From an uncultured Gammaproteobacteria bacterium (GTDB lineage Bacteria; Pseudomonadota; Gammaproteobacteria; DRJJ01): a DNA stretch of 64,000 nucleotides. The stretch covers positions 141,779-205,778 of the forward strand of contig CAMYJU010000003.1 of assembly GCA_947258795.1 (NCBI GenBank). The letters are read 5' to 3'. Made by a program: the position numbers and the translations under genes. The notes under the pieces are model-generated. The model worked only from the letters and a program-made list of their open reading frames with translations, was not told the DNA's origin and did not search any database. Position 1 is the stretch's first letter. Each line of letters opens with the position of its first letter. Below, in pieces: positions 49,764-59,968 of this stretch.

Positions 49764-50681
49764 ATGACAGGCGTAAACTGGAAAGATTATTACGAACTAT
49801 GTAAACCGAAAGTCGTCGGGCTGATCGTATTTACTGCCGTGGTGGGGATGTTTATGGCGACCGGAACCGCCAATGCCCCCGACGCGATGGTGCCTTGGAA
49901 TGTACTGATATTCGGCACACTGGGTATCGGGCTGGCGTCGGCGTCAGCCGCCGCAATCAACCACGTAGTTGATCGCCGCATCGATGCCATTATGAACAGA
50001 ACCCATAACAGGCCTTTACCATCGGGTCAGGTGTCCAGTAAACAGGCGCTGATTTTCGCGCTGACACTGGGAGCCATAGCGATGTTGATGCTGGTGGTAC
50101 GGATCAACTTGTTGACGGCAGTGCTGACCCTGGTGTCATTGATAGGTTATGCGGTGATTTATACGCTCTACCTGAAACGCGCGACCCCGCAGAATATCGT
50201 GATTGGTGGCGCTGCCGGTGCCGCCCCGCCGGTACTGGGATGGACCGCTGTGACCAATAGCATCGATCCCGGTGCGTTGTGGCTGTTTCTGATAATTTTC
50301 ATCTGGACCCCGCCGCATTTCTGGGCGCTGGCTATCCATCGTCGTGATGAATATGCAAAAGTGGACATACCGATGTTACCGGTTACTCACGGCATTGAGT
50401 TTACGCAGTTACAGGTTTTGCTCTATACCATCCTGTTGATTATCGTCAGCTTGATGCCATACCTGACCCGTATGAGTGGGCCATTCTACCTGGTCGGTGC
50501 GGTGATTCTTGGTGCGGGCTTTCTGTATCACGCGATGAAACTCAAGCGCGAAAATGAGCAAAAGTTGGACCAGAAGATTGCGATGAAGACCTTCGGTTAC
50601 TCGATTATATATCTGATGGGCATTTTCGCGCTGTTGCTGATCGATCACTATATTCCGTTACTGTTTTCTCTGCTGTCCTGA
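49764..50681 (+). CDS. cyoE: Protoheme IX farnesyltransferase (heme O synthase)
   Basis: Motifs KPKVV, D..ID..M.RT..RP, NIVIGG and WTPPHFWAL. Confidence 0.95.
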   Translation: MTGVNWKDYYELCKPKVVGLIVFTAVVGMFMATGTANAPDAMVPWNVLIFGTLGIGLASASAAAINHVVDRRIDAIMNRTHNRPLPSGQVSSKQALIFALTLGAIAMLMLVVRINLLTAVLTLVSLIGYAVIYTLYLKRATPQNIVIGGAAGAAPPVLGWTAVTNSIDPGALWLFLIIFIWTPPHFWALAIHRRDEYAKVDIPMLPVTHGIEFTQLQVLLYTILLIIVSLMPYLTRMSGPFYLVGAVILGAGFLYHAMKLKRENEQKLDQKIAMKTFGYSIIYLMGIFALLLIDHYIPLLFSLLS

Positions 50682-51060
50682 TTCCTGTCATCTGGTCGCC
50701 TCGTGCCCAGGCAGGCGCTGGATGCACAACTATTTTCTATCGTCTAAACTGTTCAGTCATATGACACACAGGGTTTGATTAGTGTGCCAAAACCAGCCAT
50801 TTGCATCCTGCAGGCTGGTGAAATAGACCGTCCGGGTCAAGTATTATAGGAATATGCCGATATAATAATGATGATAAATCAAGGCATTAGCTGTGATTTG
50901 TCATTAAGCCCTCGTTATTTATGAGGCTTGTAATACTGTATATTATTATATTAGAATATACTCCCTTTTTTGGCCTGCATCCATGTATGTGTATGCGGCC
51001 ATTTTTATGACTGAGTATTAATTGACCAGCCGGTGCTGGTTAGCAGATAGAGAGGCGACT

Positions 51061-52500
51061 ATGGCGGCAGGCGAACAGTACAATTATGACATTGTCCGCA
51101 AATTCTCGATTATGGCCCTGGTCTGGGGTGTTTTAGGAATGACAGCAGGCGTTTATATCGCTGCTGAACTGGCATTCCCGTTCATGAATTTCGACATCCC
51201 GGAACTGACCTTTGGCCGCTTGCGCCCGGTACATACCACCCTGGTGATCTTCGGTTTTGGCGGTAGCGCGCTGTTCGCGACATCCTATTATATCGTACAG
51301 CGTACCTGCCAGACCCGCCTGTCGAGTGCCAGTCTGGCCAATTTTACCTTCTGGGGCTGGCAGTCTGTGATCGTTCTCGGTGTGATCAGTTATGTGCTGG
51401 GTTACAGCCAGGGACGTGAATACGCCGAGTTCTCATGGCCGCTGGATCTGCTGATTACCGTGGTCTGGGTCGCCTATCTGGTCATTTACGTACAGACCAT
51501 ACGTCATCGCTCGCAGCCACATATCTATGTCGCCAACTGGTTCTTTATGGCGTTCATACTGGCAACCGCGATACTGCATGTCTTCAATAACCTGGCCGTA
51601 CCTGTCGGCCTGTTCAGCCTGTCTTCGTATAGTGCGTTTTCAGGGGTACAGGATGCGATGACCCAGTGGTGGTATGGCCACAATGCGGTAGGCTTCTTCC
51701 TGACAGCGGCGTTTCTGGGCATGATGTATTACTTTGTGCCCAAACAGGCGGGCCGTCCGGTCTATTCCTATCGCTTGTCGATCATCCACTTCTGGGCGCT
51801 GGTCTTCCTGTACATGTGGGCCGGTGCCCATCACCTGCACTGGACAGCGCTGCCGGACTGGACCTCGACACTGGCTGCCACCTTCTCGATACTGCTGTTG
51901 CTGCCGTCCTGGGGTGGCATGATTAACGGTATCATGACCCTGTCCGGTGCCTGGGACAAGCTGCGTTCTGATCCGGTCATGATGTTCCTGATTACCGCGT
52001 TGTCATTCTATGGTATGTCCACTTTCGAAGGACCGCTAATGGCGCTGAAGAGCGTGAATGCGCTGTCGCATTACACCGACTGGACCATCGGTCACGTGCA
52101 TTCCGGTGCGTTGGGCTGGGTGGCAATGGTCAGCTTCGGTTCCATGTATCACCTGATCCCACGTCTGTACGACACCGAAATGTACAGCAAGAAGTTGATG
52201 TACGTGCATTTCTGGCTGGCCTCGATCGGCATCGTGTTGTATATCACCGCGATGTGGGTGGCCGGTATCGGCCAGGGCCTGATGCTGCGTGGTTTTGATG
52301 AGTACGGCAACCTGGCGTACAGCTTTATTGAAACCGTGATCTTCCTGAAGCAGCCGTATATCTGGCGCACCATTGGTGGCGCATTCTTCCTGGCCGGTAT
52401 GCTGGTCATGGTTTACAACGTATTCGCAACGATCAGACAGGCGAAGAAAGAGACGGCTATACTGGATGCCAAGATCGCTGCCAAGCTGGCCAATGCCTGA
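51061..52500 (+). CDS. ccoN: cbb3-type cytochrome c oxidase subunit I
   Basis: Motifs [25 protein letters not shown] and IGHVH. Confidence 0.97.
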   Translation: MAAGEQYNYDIVRKFSIMALVWGVLGMTAGVYIAAELAFPFMNFDIPELTFGRLRPVHTTLVIFGFGGSALFATSYYIVQRTCQTRLSSASLANFTFWGWQSVIVLGVISYVLGYSQGREYAEFSWPLDLLITVVWVAYLVIYVQTIRHRSQPHIYVANWFFMAFILATAILHVFNNLAVPVGLFSLSSYSAFSGVQDAMTQWWYGHNAVGFFLTAAFLGMMYYFVPKQAGRPVYSYRLSIIHFWALVFLYMWAGAHHLHWTALPDWTSTLAATFSILLLLPSWGGMINGIMTLSGAWDKLRSDPVMMFLITALSFYGMSTFEGPLMALKSVNALSHYTDWTIGHVHSGALGWVAMVSFGSMYHLIPRLYDTEMYSKKLMYVHFWLASIGIVLYITAMWVAGIGQGLMLRGFDEYGNLAYSFIETVIFLKQPYIWRTIGGAFFLAGMLVMVYNVFATIRQAKKETAILDAKIAAKLANA

Positions 52501-52523
52501 TTATCGATTAGGGGAAAGAAATA

Positions 52524-53276
52524 ATGCGTCATGAAAATATCGAAACCAATGTAGGTCTGCTGGTTGCCCTGACTCTGGTCGTAATTAGTATAGGCGGTCT
52601 GATTGAAATCGTACCGTTGTTCTTTATCGATGAAACTATCGAACAGGTAAAGACGACAGACGGCAAGGATGCGATCCGGCCGTTTACACCGCTGGAGAGC
52701 CGTGGTCGTGACATCTATATCCGTGAGGGCTGTTACCTGTGCCACTCGCAGATGATACGTCCGTTCAGGGACGAGATCCTGCGTTATGGCCATTATTCTC
52801 TGGCCGCGGAGTCACAGTACGATCATCCATTCCAGTGGGGTTCGAAACGTACCGGGCCTGACCTGGCACGTGTCGGCGGCAAGTATTCGAACGAGTGGCA
52901 TACCCAGCACATGATCGCGCCGCGTTCGGTGATGCCGGATTCGATCATGCCGAACTATCCGTGGCTGCTGGAAAATGATCTGAAGTACAACGATATTGCC
53001 GGGCGCCTGAAATCACAGCGCATTGTTGGTGTGCCCTATTCACTGACCGATGAGGAATACGAAGCCAATGTCGAACGCTTTGGCAAGGAAGCAGCAGACA
53101 GGCTGAATATTCACGCTGCTGAAGAAAACCTGATGGCCCAGGCTGAACAGGGTAACTATGACGGCGACCGCAGTCGCCTGACTGAAATGGATGCACTGGT
53201 CGCCTACCTGCAGGTACTGGGTACGATGGTTGACTTCAAGCAGTACGATGAAGGGCACTTTGCCGAGTTCCGCTAG
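52524..53276 (+). CDS. ccoO: cbb3-type oxidase monoheme subunit II
   Basis: Motifs REGCYLCHSQMIR and WGSKRTGPDLARVG. Confidence 0.97.
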   Translation: MRHENIETNVGLLVALTLVVISIGGLIEIVPLFFIDETIEQVKTTDGKDAIRPFTPLESRGRDIYIREGCYLCHSQMIRPFRDEILRYGHYSLAAESQYDHPFQWGSKRTGPDLARVGGKYSNEWHTQHMIAPRSVMPDSIMPNYPWLLENDLKYNDIAGRLKSQRIVGVPYSLTDEEYEANVERFGKEAADRLNIHAAEENLMAQAEQGNYDGDRSRLTEMDALVAYLQVLGTMVDFKQYDEGHFAEFR

Positions 53277-53299
53277 GCCGGATCAGCAGGAAACAGGAC

Positions 53300-53518
53300 A
53301 TGTGGGATTGGTTGAAATGGTTTACGCATATGGAAAACAGCAAGGTTGCTGCGTTGATCATTTTCTTTTCCCTGTTCGTAGCAATATTGATTTACGTGTT
53401 TGGTCACAAGCAGCGCTCTGAAAGACTGGAGTCATACAAGTACATCCCGTTTGATGAGGACGACGAGCCGGACACAAATGATAGCAAGCACAAGGGTACG
53501 CAAGATGAGCGAGAATAA
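53300..53518 (+). CDS. ccoQ: cbb3-type oxidase subunit CcoQ
   Basis: Single TM and 'IPF.ED', positioned between ccoO and ccoP. Confidence 0.82.
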   Translation: MWDWLKWFTHMENSKVAALIIFFSLFVAILIYVFGHKQRSERLESYKYIPFDEDDEPDTNDSKHKGTQDERE

Positions 53519-54428
53519 GAAAACCGGGCATGCAGTTCAGACCACTGGTCACGCCTGGGATGGTGATATACAGGAATATAACAACCCGATTCCGCGCTGG
53601 TGGTTATGGTCGTTTTATGCCACGGTTGTATTCTCCATTATTTACTGGGTGCTGTACCCGGCCTGGCCGATCGGTCACAGCTATACAACGGGTGTACTGA
53701 ACAATATCACCTATACCGTCAACGGTGAAGAAAAGACTACTCACTGGAATACCCGTGCGCGCCTGGTAAGGGATATGCAGACCGGTGAGGATGCGGTCAA
53801 GCAGCGCCGGCATATGCAGGAAGTGGCCAATGCCAGTTTCTCAGCGATTCTGTCTGACCCGAAGATGATCGATTTCAGCAGCAAGATCGGCAAGGTGCTG
53901 TTCACTGATAACTGTGCGGCCTGCCACGGTATGGGTGGTCAGGGTGTCGTTGGCCTGTTTCCCAGCCTGGTGGATGACGACTGGCTATGGGGTGGTCGTA
54001 CCGAGAATATCCGTGAAACCATTGCGTCCGGCCGTATTGGATTCATGCCGGCATTTGGCAAGACATTCTCTGATCAGCAGATGGACGATGTGGTTGAGTA
54101 TGTCCTGAGCCTGTCCAATCAGGCAGAGGACCAGCCACGGGTACAGCGTGGCAAACAGCTGTTTGGCGGAGAACAGGGTGGTTGTTACTACTGTCACAAC
54201 CAGGAAGGAACTGGTATCCAGTCACAGGGTGCGGCCAACCTGACCGACCAGATCTGGACTATCGTCGATGTTGCCGGACAGAAAGATATCGAAGGCAAGC
54301 GTGCACTGGTACGCGAGGTGGTCAGTAAAGGTGTAAACCGCAGTATGCCCAACTGGAAAGGGCGTCTGAGTGATGAGGAGATCAAGCTGTTGACGGTATA
54401 CGTGTATAATCTCAGTGGCGGCAAGTGA
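53505..54428 (+). CDS. ccoP: cbb3-type oxidase diheme subunit III
   Basis: TTGHAWDG.I.E.NNP.PRWW, with heme motifs CAACH and CYYCH. Confidence 0.96.
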   Translation: MSENKKTGHAVQTTGHAWDGDIQEYNNPIPRWWLWSFYATVVFSIIYWVLYPAWPIGHSYTTGVLNNITYTVNGEEKTTHWNTRARLVRDMQTGEDAVKQRRHMQEVANASFSAILSDPKMIDFSSKIGKVLFTDNCAACHGMGGQGVVGLFPSLVDDDWLWGGRTENIRETIASGRIGFMPAFGKTFSDQQMDDVVEYVLSLSNQAEDQPRVQRGKQLFGGEQGGCYYCHNQEGTGIQSQGAANLTDQIWTIVDVAGQKDIEGKRALVREVVSKGVNRSMPNWKGRLSDEEIKLLTVYVYNLSGGK

Positions 54429-54506
54429 CACTGAGCGTCTGCCCTTCAGTTACTACAGGGGGCTGTTCATATCAGGGATATGGACGGCCCTTTGCCTTCT
54501 CTGTGT

Positions 54507-55919
54507 ATGACTAACATGTCCGTACCAGTCAACCAGGGCGGAACACAGGCAAGGATACCGATCTATCCACGCTCTGTGAAAGGTCGTTTTCGTCGCCTGA
54601 AATGGGCCATCCTGGTCATTGCCTATGGCACCTATTTCATGTTGCCATGGTTGCAGTGGGAACGTAGTGGCGCCGCCAGCCAGGCGCTACTGTTTGATAT
54701 CACCTCACGGCGATTTTACCTGTTTGACCTGGTTGTCCACCCGTCCGAGATTTTCTGGCTGGCCGGCTTCCTGGTGATTGCGGCTCTGTTGCTGTTCTTC
54801 GTTACCGGTATCGCCGGGCGTGTGTTTTGTGGTTACTTCTGTTTCCAGACGCTGTGGACCGATGTCTTTATCAAAATCGAAAGACTGGTGCAGGGTGAAC
54901 GCCCGGCACGTATCCGACTGGATAAATCAGGCTGGACCGCGGACAAGCTGTTCAAAAAAGGGCTGACCCATGTGCTGTGGCTCAGCGTCGCGCTGCTTAC
55001 TGGTATAACCTTTGTATTGTACTGGGGCTACGCCCCGGAGCTGGTCGTACAGCTGTTTACAGGTCAGGCGCCGTTTGCGGCCTATGCCACCACCCTGTTC
55101 CTGACCGCGACCACCTATGTGATGGCCGGGCTGGCACGCGAACAGGTGTGCACCTATATGTGTCCCTATGCCAGGTTCCAGAGCGCGATGTTCGACAAGG
55201 ACACCCTGATCGTGGCTTATGACCGGCAGCGTGGCGAGTCACAGTTAGGCCGGAATAAACTGGTCAAGGGACTGAAACAGCAACAGCAACGTCACCAGGC
55301 CGGTTACGGCGATTGCGTCGATTGCGGATTCTGTGTACAGGTCTGCCCGACCGGTATTGATATCCGTGACGGCTTGCAGATCCAGTGCATCTCTTGTGCG
55401 TTATGTATCGACGCCTGTGACAACATCATGGACAGTCTTGGCTGGCCGCGTGGCCTGATCAAATATGATTCCGAACGTCACCAGGAGGGTAGCAAGCCCA
55501 GACTGTTCAAGGCCAAGAATATCGGTTATGCCGTGACATTACTGCTTGCTACCGTGTTACTGGTGTGGAGCGTGATCACCAGTTCAACGCTGGATGTAGC
55601 GGTACAGCAGGTCCGGCAACCACTTTACGTGGTACTGTCAGACGGCCAGATACAAAACAGCTATATGTTGAAACTGAACAACAAGCAGAAGGTCCCGCTA
55701 AGCCTGGATATCAGTGTGCAGGGACTGGATGACGCGGTGCTGGATCTGGGTCGTGTACGTCATATCGAGATTGGTGCGGACCAGAGTCTGCAGGTACGGC
55801 TGAGAGTGCGTATGCCTCGAGACACCGGGCAGACGCAGATACCGTTTGCATTCGTGATCGATGCAGATGGCGTTGAGCAGCCATTAAGCGTTCCGGCATT
55901 TTTCTCCATGCCCAGGTAA
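54507..55919 (+). CDS. ccoG: Cytochrome c oxidase accessory Fe-S protein CcoG
   Basis: Motifs GRVFCGYFC, CPYARFQ, CVDCGFCVQVCP and CISCALCIDAC. Start is uncertain. Confidence 0.95.
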   Translation: MTNMSVPVNQGGTQARIPIYPRSVKGRFRRLKWAILVIAYGTYFMLPWLQWERSGAASQALLFDITSRRFYLFDLVVHPSEIFWLAGFLVIAALLLFFVTGIAGRVFCGYFCFQTLWTDVFIKIERLVQGERPARIRLDKSGWTADKLFKKGLTHVLWLSVALLTGITFVLYWGYAPELVVQLFTGQAPFAAYATTLFLTATTYVMAGLAREQVCTYMCPYARFQSAMFDKDTLIVAYDRQRGESQLGRNKLVKGLKQQQQRHQAGYGDCVDCGFCVQVCPTGIDIRDGLQIQCISCALCIDACDNIMDSLGWPRGLIKYDSERHQEGSKPRLFKAKNIGYAVTLLLATVLLVWSVITSSTLDVAVQQVRQPLYVVLSDGQIQNSYMLKLNNKQKVPLSLDISVQGLDDAVLDLGRVRHIEIGADQSLQVRLRVRMPRDTGQTQIPFAFVIDADGVEQPLSVPAFFSMPR

Positions 55920-55934
55920 TCAACAGAGGTCATC

Positions 55935-56738
55935 ATGCTATCCGGTTTTCTGACATTGCCCATCGGCCTGGTTGTGGAATTTCTGCTGTTTTACCTGTTG
56001 TACCGCTTCAGTCCATTGCATAGCGTGCAGTCACTGCTGGTGGCGCTGTTACTCACTCTCGCGGTGTATCTGCCTTACAGCCTGCTGAACTGGAGTGGTG
56101 TCGATGTGTTTGTGCTGCATCTCGCGGTATTTGCAACGGCGGTCTACATAACCGGCATCATCCTGCGTTCGGGTAAAAAGAGCACACGACGCTTTCACTG
56201 GGCACCGGCACTTATCATTCTGTTCTTTGTCGTGATTATTGTGGTCGACAGCGTGTTTGTGACCATGTCCATGCGCGGCTTGCCGAAGGGCCTGCAGGAA
56301 TCCCTGCTGCCGACACCGAGAAAAGAGCAGGGTGTAAGTACCCTGTTCCCCGGTGTTGTACCGGAAAACAAGTACCAGAAAGAGTCGCAATACAATGCCT
56401 ATATCGCACAGCGTACCGAGCAGGCTGCGAGGGGCTGGCAGGTGGGCAAGGGCTGGTTGCAGGGTGTCCCTGCCGCGGGTCAGGAAGCGGTATTTCAGTT
56501 ACAGATACTCGACCGCTTGTCACAGCCGGTATCCGGTCTGAACCTGAAAGGCCGCTTTATGCGTCCGGCAGACAGCAGGCTGGACCTGGATTTCAGCATG
56601 AACGAGGTCATGCCGGGTGTCTATCGTGTGGCCGTCGTGCTGCCTGTCGCAGGTACCTGGGACCTGCTGCTGGATGCGCTGGATGACGATAAGCAGGTAT
56701 ATGAGCTGAAGGCCAGTACCACGATTACTGACAAGTAA
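55935..56738 (+). CDS. ccoH: FixH/CcoH-family protein with N-terminal multi-TM extension
   Basis: C-terminal Ig-like FixH pattern ('RPADSRLD', 'GVY...GTWDL') and position between ccoG and ccoI. Confidence 0.75.
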   Translation: MLSGFLTLPIGLVVEFLLFYLLYRFSPLHSVQSLLVALLLTLAVYLPYSLLNWSGVDVFVLHLAVFATAVYITGIILRSGKKSTRRFHWAPALIILFFVVIIVVDSVFVTMSMRGLPKGLQESLLPTPRKEQGVSTLFPGVVPENKYQKESQYNAYIAQRTEQAARGWQVGKGWLQGVPAAGQEAVFQLQILDRLSQPVSGLNLKGRFMRPADSRLDLDFSMNEVMPGVYRVAVVLPVAGTWDLLLDALDDDKQVYELKASTTITDK

Positions 56739-56830
56739 TTCTTACACATGGCCAGGTTAAGCGTCACTGAAATCTGAATTCTGATATCTGATATAGTTAA
56801 ACCCTTCCGATTCAAAACGACGGTCTATCT

Positions 56831-59281
56831 GTGTCAGATCAAGATTCCAGTACCTGTTATCACTGTGGTTTGCCGAACCCGCCGAACAGTCATTATGTCG
56901 TCGAGATCGAGGGGCAGCAGCGGGCGATGTGCTGCCCGGGTTGTGCAGCTGTGGCCAGGGCGATCGTCGACCAGGGTCTGACCGACTATTACAAATACCG
57001 CACCGAGCCGGCGCGCAATCCGGCCGAACTGGTTCCGGACAGCCTGCAGGAAATGGCCCTGTACGACCGTCCCGAGATCCAGCAACAGTTTGTATCGGTC
57101 AAATCTGAAAATGTGCGTCAGGCATCGCTGATATTGGAAGGCATTACCTGTGCCGCCTGTATCTGGCTGAACGAACGCCATGTCAGCGCCATCCCCGGTG
57201 TGCTGGAATTTCGTGTTAATTTCGCATCACACCGTGCGCAGGTCAGCTGGGACAGCAGCCAGTTGCATCTGAGCGATATCCTGCAGGCTATTGCCGCGGT
57301 CGGCTATATCGCCCATCCGTTTGATCCGGGCCGGCAGGAGGTCGTGTATAAAAAAGAACGCTCACAGGCGCTACGAAGAATAGCAGTCGCCGGTCTGGGT
57401 ATGATGCAGGTGATGATGCTGGCCGTGGCGCTATACGCGGGCGACTACCAGGGCATGGATGCGGATCTGAAAAACTTTATGCGCTGGATCAGTCTGCTGA
57501 TAACGACGCCGGTGGTGCTGTATTCAGCGCAGCCGTTCTTCCGCAGGGCCTGGCGCGATTTACGCCGTACACAGCTGGGCATGGATGTGCCGGTGTCGCT
57601 GGCTATCGGTGCGGCCTTCCTGGCCAGTGCCTGGGCCACGGCAGCCGGTACCGGCGAGGTCTATTTCGATTCGGTCAATATGTTTACCTTCTTCCTATTG
57701 AGCGGCCGCTTCCTCGAAATGCAGGCGCGTCACAAGGCCGGGCTGGCCGCCGATGAGCTGATCCGTATCCTGCCGGCGATGGCGACACGGCTAGACGATG
57801 GAGTGCCGATCGAGGTGCTGGTCAGCGAATTGATGGTCGGCGACCGGGTACAGGTCAAGCCCGGTGGTACGATACCGGCGGACGGGATCGTGGTCGACGG
57901 CCGTAGCAGTGTTGATGAATCCCTGCTTACCGGAGAAAGCCATCCGGTCGCGATTGAGATATCGGATTCCGTGGTTGGTGGTAGTATCAATATTTCCAGC
58001 CCGATAATCGTAGACATCCAGCATGTCGGTGAAGACACGGTGCTGGCCGGAATTATTCGCCTGCTCGACCGCGCCCAGACCGAAAAGCCGCGTATCGCGC
58101 AGCTGGCCGACCGCATCGCGGCCTGGTTTGTCGCTGCCATCCTGTTACTCGCGGTTGCCGTGTTTGCGTGGTGGTGGCAGCACGAGCCGGCCGAGGCCTT
58201 CTGGATTACGCTGTCGGTACTGGTGGTGACCTGTCCCTGTGCGCTATCGCTGGCGACCCCGGCCGCACTGGTTGCCGGTACCGGAGCGCTGACCCGGCAG
58301 GGTCTGTTGACCACCCGGGCACATGCCCTCGAGGTACTCGGTCAGGCCACGCATATGATATTCGACAAGACCGGTACGCTGACGCATGGGCAACTGGAAC
58401 TGATTGACACGCGAGTGCTGGGTTCGGTAGCTGCGCAGCAATGTATAGAATTGGCCGGAGCGCTGGAACAGTCTTCCGAGCATCCGCTGGCACGTGCGTT
58501 TCAGCACAGCAGTCACAACACCCTGAGCGCGACCGAGGTCGAGGCAGTCACCGGGCAGGGTATCCAGGGCGTCATCGACGGCAAGGTATACCGGCTGGGC
58601 AGTCCGGCGTTTAGCGGTTGTGAGGAATCCATTCTGGCGGAATCGTCCGCAGCGCTGGCCAGCCAGATTGTACTTTCCGATGAGCAGGGGCCGTTGTGCG
58701 TGTTTTCACTTGCCGACCGGTTGCGCGACGAGGCAGCAGAAGCGATTAGGCTGTTGCGAGCGCAGGGTATTAGCATCTGGCTGTTAAGCGGTGACAGTAC
58801 AGATAATGTTCGCCAGGTCGCCACAGGGCTCGGTATCGACCATGCAGAAGGTCGCATGCTGCCTGAAGACAAGCTCGAACGACTCCGTCAGCTGGAGCAG
58901 ACCGGTGCCGTGGTCGCGATGGTTGGCGATGGCGTTAATGATGCGCCGGTACTGGCCGGCGCAGCGGTATCCATTGCGATGGGCGGGGGTACGCAACTGG
59001 CACAGGTCAGCGCCGACATGTTGCTGCTGTCGGAGAACCTGATGCACTTGAGCGAAGGCGTCAGGCAGTCGCATCGTACCCGCAGTATTATTCGCCAGAA
59101 TCTGGGCTGGGCGCTTGTGTATAATACGGTAGCGCTGCCACTGGCGGCGGCCGGCTATATCGCGCCGTGGATGGCGGCAATCGGGATGTCGATGAGTTCA
59201 CTGGTCGTGGTGCTCAATGCACTGCGATTGTCGTCCAGAACACAACAAATGGATACCAATGTCCGCAAAGTGACGGGCTAG
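56831..59281 (+). CDS. ccoI: Copper-translocating P1B-type ATPase
   Basis: Motifs CYHC, CCPGC, CAAC, TGES, CPCAL, DKTGT and GDGVND. Confidence 0.95.
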   Translation: MSDQDSSTCYHCGLPNPPNSHYVVEIEGQQRAMCCPGCAAVARAIVDQGLTDYYKYRTEPARNPAELVPDSLQEMALYDRPEIQQQFVSVKSENVRQASLILEGITCAACIWLNERHVSAIPGVLEFRVNFASHRAQVSWDSSQLHLSDILQAIAAVGYIAHPFDPGRQEVVYKKERSQALRRIAVAGLGMMQVMMLAVALYAGDYQGMDADLKNFMRWISLLITTPVVLYSAQPFFRRAWRDLRRTQLGMDVPVSLAIGAAFLASAWATAAGTGEVYFDSVNMFTFFLLSGRFLEMQARHKAGLAADELIRILPAMATRLDDGVPIEVLVSELMVGDRVQVKPGGTIPADGIVVDGRSSVDESLLTGESHPVAIEISDSVVGGSINISSPIIVDIQHVGEDTVLAGIIRLLDRAQTEKPRIAQLADRIAAWFVAAILLLAVAVFAWWWQHEPAEAFWITLSVLVVTCPCALSLATPAALVAGTGALTRQGLLTTRAHALEVLGQATHMIFDKTGTLTHGQLELIDTRVLGSVAAQQCIELAGALEQSSEHPLARAFQHSSHNTLSATEVEAVTGQGIQGVIDGKVYRLGSPAFSGCEESILAESSAALASQIVLSDEQGPLCVFSLADRLRDEAAEAIRLLRAQGISIWLLSGDSTDNVRQVATGLGIDHAEGRMLPEDKLERLRQLEQTGAVVAMVGDGVNDAPVLAGAAVSIAMGGGTQLAQVSADMLLLSENLMHLSEGVRQSHRTRSIIRQNLGWALVYNTVALPLAAAGYIAPWMAAIGMSMSSLVVVLNALRLSSRTQQMDTNVRKVTG

Positions 59282-59285
59282 CAAT

Positions 59286-59525
59286 ATGAATATTCTGTAT
59301 TTACTGATACCAATCGGGCTGGTTTTCCTGGCAGGAGCGATCTGGCTGCTGATCTGGGCGATACGCAGTGGCCAGTACGATGATCTCGAGGGTCCGGCAT
59401 TCCGGGTGCTGATGGACGATGACGACCCGCGTATTCCACAATACAAATCCGCTGATGAAGCAGGGCAGAACCACAAGCAGGAGCAAAACCAGAGTAGTAA
59501 TACTAATAAAACGGATAATAAGTGA
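59286..59525 (+). CDS. ccoS: cbb3 oxidase maturation protein CcoS
   Basis: MNILYLLIP...WAIRSGQYDDLEGPA. Confidence 0.93.
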   Translation: MNILYLLIPIGLVFLAGAIWLLIWAIRSGQYDDLEGPAFRVLMDDDDPRIPQYKSADEAGQNHKQEQNQSSNTNKTDNK

Positions 59526-59796
59526 GCAGTTGACCGCAAGCTCCGGATATTACAGAGAAAGTCGAAAAATGCCGCTTAAGACGTTGCTGAATATTGTAAT
59601 AACTTTATGATTTCATTAAAAAACTAATATATCATTGAATTAATTGACTTTTTTAAAGCCATAAAAATTATTTATAGAATAACACACGAACAGGCCGTTT
59701 TTTGGCTTGCATTTCGGCTGATCTTGCGCAGAATTAGTGTTGAATCAGGGAGCGATATCATATAAGATTTCGCTAATATTCAACGGAGATTTAGTC

Positions 59797-59886
59797 ATGT
59801 TTACCTTCGAGAATTTACCCCTGACAATCGTCATTGGGCTTGTGACAGTGGCGTGGCTGTCGTTTCTGACGGTCTTACTTGCATAG
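59797..59886 (+). CDS. 29-aa single-TM small protein (MFTFENLPLTIVIGLVTVAWLSFLTVLLA)
   Basis: Read by hand, with a GGAG RBS and its own terminator downstream. Confidence 0.55.
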   Translation: MFTFENLPLTIVIGLVTVAWLSFLTVLLA

Positions 59887-59918
59887 TTTCATGTAAGTAT
59901 TATTTGCTCCCAAGCATG

Positions 59919-59948
59919 CGGCCTCACTCATGTGAGGCCGTTTTTTTT
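59919..59948 (+). terminator. Rho-independent terminator
   Basis: cggcctcac-tcat-gtgaggccg followed by T8. Confidence 0.85.
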
Positions 59949-59968
59949 ATTGTGCCGGATAAATAAGA

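Noticed and set aside
50850..50900. FNR-like site upstream of ccoN (ATGAT-GATAA-ATCAA)
   Set aside because: The spacer is 5 nt rather than 4 and the left half-site is imperfect.
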